From IMG/VR virus record IMGVR_UViG_3300012012_001194, positions 37,504-101,503 of that record: 64,000 nt of DNA; one strand, written 5' to 3'. Numbering within the stretch: position 1 is the stretch's first letter; each line of letters starts with the position of its first letter. Made by a program: the position numbers and the translations under genes. The notes below the pieces were generated by a model that was not told the origin of the DNA, searched no databases, and worked only from the letters and a program-made list of their open reading frames with translations. Positions 62,258-64,000 of the stretch are shown here, piece after piece. This DNA comes from a virus.

Positions 62258-62890
62258 TCAGTTATGCGTAAACAAGTAGCCGTCTACCTTTGCTGCAGAA
62301 AAACTGGGCTGTATCATCAAGTTATTAATGTAGAACCAATCAGCTGCAAAGTCTAAGCTGTCCCATTTAACCAAACTAGTCAGGGCTGAGCTAGCCAACC
62401 AAGCACCAGCATCTATCTTACCTCGCTTAAGCTCAGTCTTGATGGGGGCCCATAACTTGTGACTATGTACCATGTTACAATAAACAAAGCCAGCCTTCAT
62501 TCTGTGCGCCTCAGACAGCATCCACTCAAAGTACGTAGGTGCATACCAAGAGTCAGCGTTCATAGTCCCTATCCAGTTGCACCCAAACTTAATAGCTAAA
62601 TCAAAACCAGGCTGCCTCATGTTGTGGCCAAACTTATTAGTTCTCTCCTTGGTGCATATAACATCAAAGCGGCGATCTCCTGCGATGGCCATGTCGCATA
62701 CCACCTTGTCATCAACAGATAACCAAGGCCCATCATGAAAGATGAATATCTTAAAATTGGAGAATGTCTGCTCTTTAAGAGCATGAATCAAAGAGGCCAG
62801 CCCATCAGACCTACCATACGCCACTAACGATATGCCTATCTTAGCCCCCTTAGGAAGCGCCTTCTTACCTAGCTTATTCCAGAACCTCAT
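62258..62890 (-). CDS. GT-A (family 2-like) glycosyltransferase
   Basis: L..QT..N......HDG, NADSWY, ADW, HN C-terminus. Confidence 0.75.
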   Translation of the reverse strand: MRFWNKLGKKALPKGAKIGISLVAYGRSDGLASLIHALKEQTFSNFKIFIFHDGPWLSVDDKVVCDMAIAGDRRFDVICTKERTNKFGHNMRQPGFDLAIKFGCNWIGTMNADSWYAPTYFEWMLSEAHRMKAGFVYCNMVHSHKLWAPIKTELKRGKIDAGAWLASSALTSLVKWDSLDFAADWFYINNLMIQPSFSAAKVDGYLFTHN

Positions 62891-63714
62891 GGGGCTACCC
62901 TCAATGCGCCTTTACCAGCCCGCTTAATATTAGGATGCCTAGTCACACCTCGATAATGAAAGACAAAGCTAGAACAAGCAACAGCAGTAGTAAACCCTAG
63001 CTTACGCCAGCGCCCAATCAACTCGTCCTCGTTCTTAACCATCTTGAACTTAGGGTTGTAAAAGGCCCCAATAGAATTGTAGGCCCCAGCCAGCCAAGTA
63101 GAGCTTGAAGCTGCCATACAGAACCCATTAAGAAGTGAATGATCTACCTTACCAGAGTGATTAAGGATGAGCTCAGATGAGACCGCTTTAAGGTACTCAT
63201 CCGAGTCATCTACTTTGTAGTTACGGCAATAGTGCTTGACGTTCTGCTTACTCCTGTGCCCCGGTGCATTCGTCGTCGGCCCCACTGCGTTTACGCCTTT
63301 TGCGAGAGCTTCTACGATTCCCTTGCTCCACATCGGGGGAAACTTCAGGTCTGAGTTCCCTGTCACTATTATCTGGCACTTGTTCTCCAGAGCAAGCTGT
63401 ATCCCCTTGTTCCACGACCGGGTTAGGTTCTTGTCGTTCTTCGGGAACCGATGCAGCAGAAACTGGCTCTTCGGATACTTCGCCCAATCCGCAAGGTTCC
63501 ATTGAGGACTCCCGTCGTCCACAAGAATCACTAGGCAGTTCGCAGTGTTCTTCAGGCAGCTTTCCACAGCTATTTTTGCATATGCGAACTGGTTGTACGT
63601 CGGTATTATCACCGCAATCTTGGGCTGGGATGCCGCAAGGGGCGTCGAGCTCAGAACAAGGTTCTTCTTCTGGAAACGGGGCGGCTGCAGGAACGCTGAC
63701 CTCCTCTGGCTCAA
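62887..63714 (-). CDS. GT2-family glycosyltransferase (start uncertain)
   Basis: VIIPTYN, VILVDDGS, SWNKG, NSD, GP.TN, NGFC, FVFHYRG. Confidence 0.8.
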   Translation of the reverse strand: MSQRRSAFLQPPRFQKKNLVLSSTPLAASQPKIAVIIPTYNQFAYAKIAVESCLKNTANCLVILVDDGSPQWNLADWAKYPKSQFLLHRFPKNDKNLTRSWNKGIQLALENKCQIIVTGNSDLKFPPMWSKGIVEALAKGVNAVGPTTNAPGHRSKQNVKHYCRNYKVDDSDEYLKAVSSELILNHSGKVDHSLLNGFCMAASSSTWLAGAYNSIGAFYNPKFKMVKNEDELIGRWRKLGFTTAVACSSFVFHYRGVTRHPNIKRAGKGALRVAP

Positions 63715-64000
63715 CTGTGTTAATCATAGGAATGGACTCAGGAACAGAGTCAAGGTAAGTGACGTCAAGGAAGGTAAGGTCTGGCATTACCTCTTGTGGT
63801 TCTGGGTCAGCTGGCATCCCAGCCTCAGCTAGCAAAATAGACTCCAAGCCACCTAACTTAGCTGGGGTTAGCTGAGCAGCGCACGACACCAATAGGCATT
63901 GAACATTGACTGGCCAAGAACCGTTAGAGTAAGGGTCTTGATTAATAACATCAATAGGAGACGCTACTTCAACAGTAATCCCATAATCACTCTTTAAAAG
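63248..64000 (-). CDS. Hypothetical protein (5' end outside the window) whose acidic tail overlaps the GT2 gene
   Basis: Frame is open from 64000 to the stop at 63248 (LLKSDYGITVEV...). Confidence 0.55.
   Translation of the reverse strand, partial: LLKSDYGITVEVASPIDVINQDPYSNGSWPVNVQCLLVSCAAQLTPAKLGGLESILLAEAGMPADPEPQEVMPDLTFLDVTYLDSVPESIPMINTVEPEEVSVPAAAPFPEEEPCSELDAPCGIPAQDCGDNTDVQPVRICKNSCGKLPEEHCELPSDSCGRRESSMEPCGLGEVSEEPVSAASVPEERQEPNPVVEQGDTACSGEQVPDNSDRELRPEVSPDVEQGNRRSSRKRRKRSGADDECTGAQE

Noticed and set aside
271-63832. The many plus-strand ORFs in the track other than nrdJ (e.g. 271..675, 17183..17812, 30515..30757, 63264..63758)
   Set aside because: They are antisense shadows of well-supported minus-strand genes, with no recognisable motifs.
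1-64000. tRNA/rRNA genes and stop-codon reassignment
   Set aside because: No T-loop or cloverleaf signatures were noticed by eye. Genes are intact and densely packed in the standard code, using TAA, TAG and TGA stops.

Overview
This window looks like part of a large tailed-phage (probably jumbo) genome in the standard genetic code. Every credible gene is on the minus strand except a class II ribonucleotide reductase. From left to right it holds: (1) a head module (HK97-like major capsid protein truncated at the window edge, decoration-, scaffold- and prohead-protease-like genes); (2) a block of K-x-A-rich, often glycine-zipper proteins containing an unusually split multisubunit RNA polymerase (beta fused to the catalytic N-half of beta', with the beta' C-half separate) and an SNF2 helicase; (3) nrdJ; (4) small stand-alone expression cassettes; (5) auxiliary genes (HNH, 2OG-Fe oxygenase, cupins, PhoH, C39 peptidase); (6) sugar-modification genes; (7) an array of modular proteins sharing short leader peptides attached to unrelated cargo domains. 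The strongest unexplained signals are: ten copies of a perfect palindrome (core TGGAGACGTCTCCA) spread through coding and non-coding DNA, often about 7-8 kb apart; five cassettes sharing a bipartite promoter-like motif (CTTAATY-N12-GCGTCATAA) and a terminator with a conserved tail, one of which carries a roughly 620-nt ORF-less RNA built from duplicated pseudoknot/hairpin modules; and a candidate leader-peptide plus K-x-A cleavage system for loading cargo into the virion. All functional calls come from reading motifs by eye; no database searches were run and the host is unknown.
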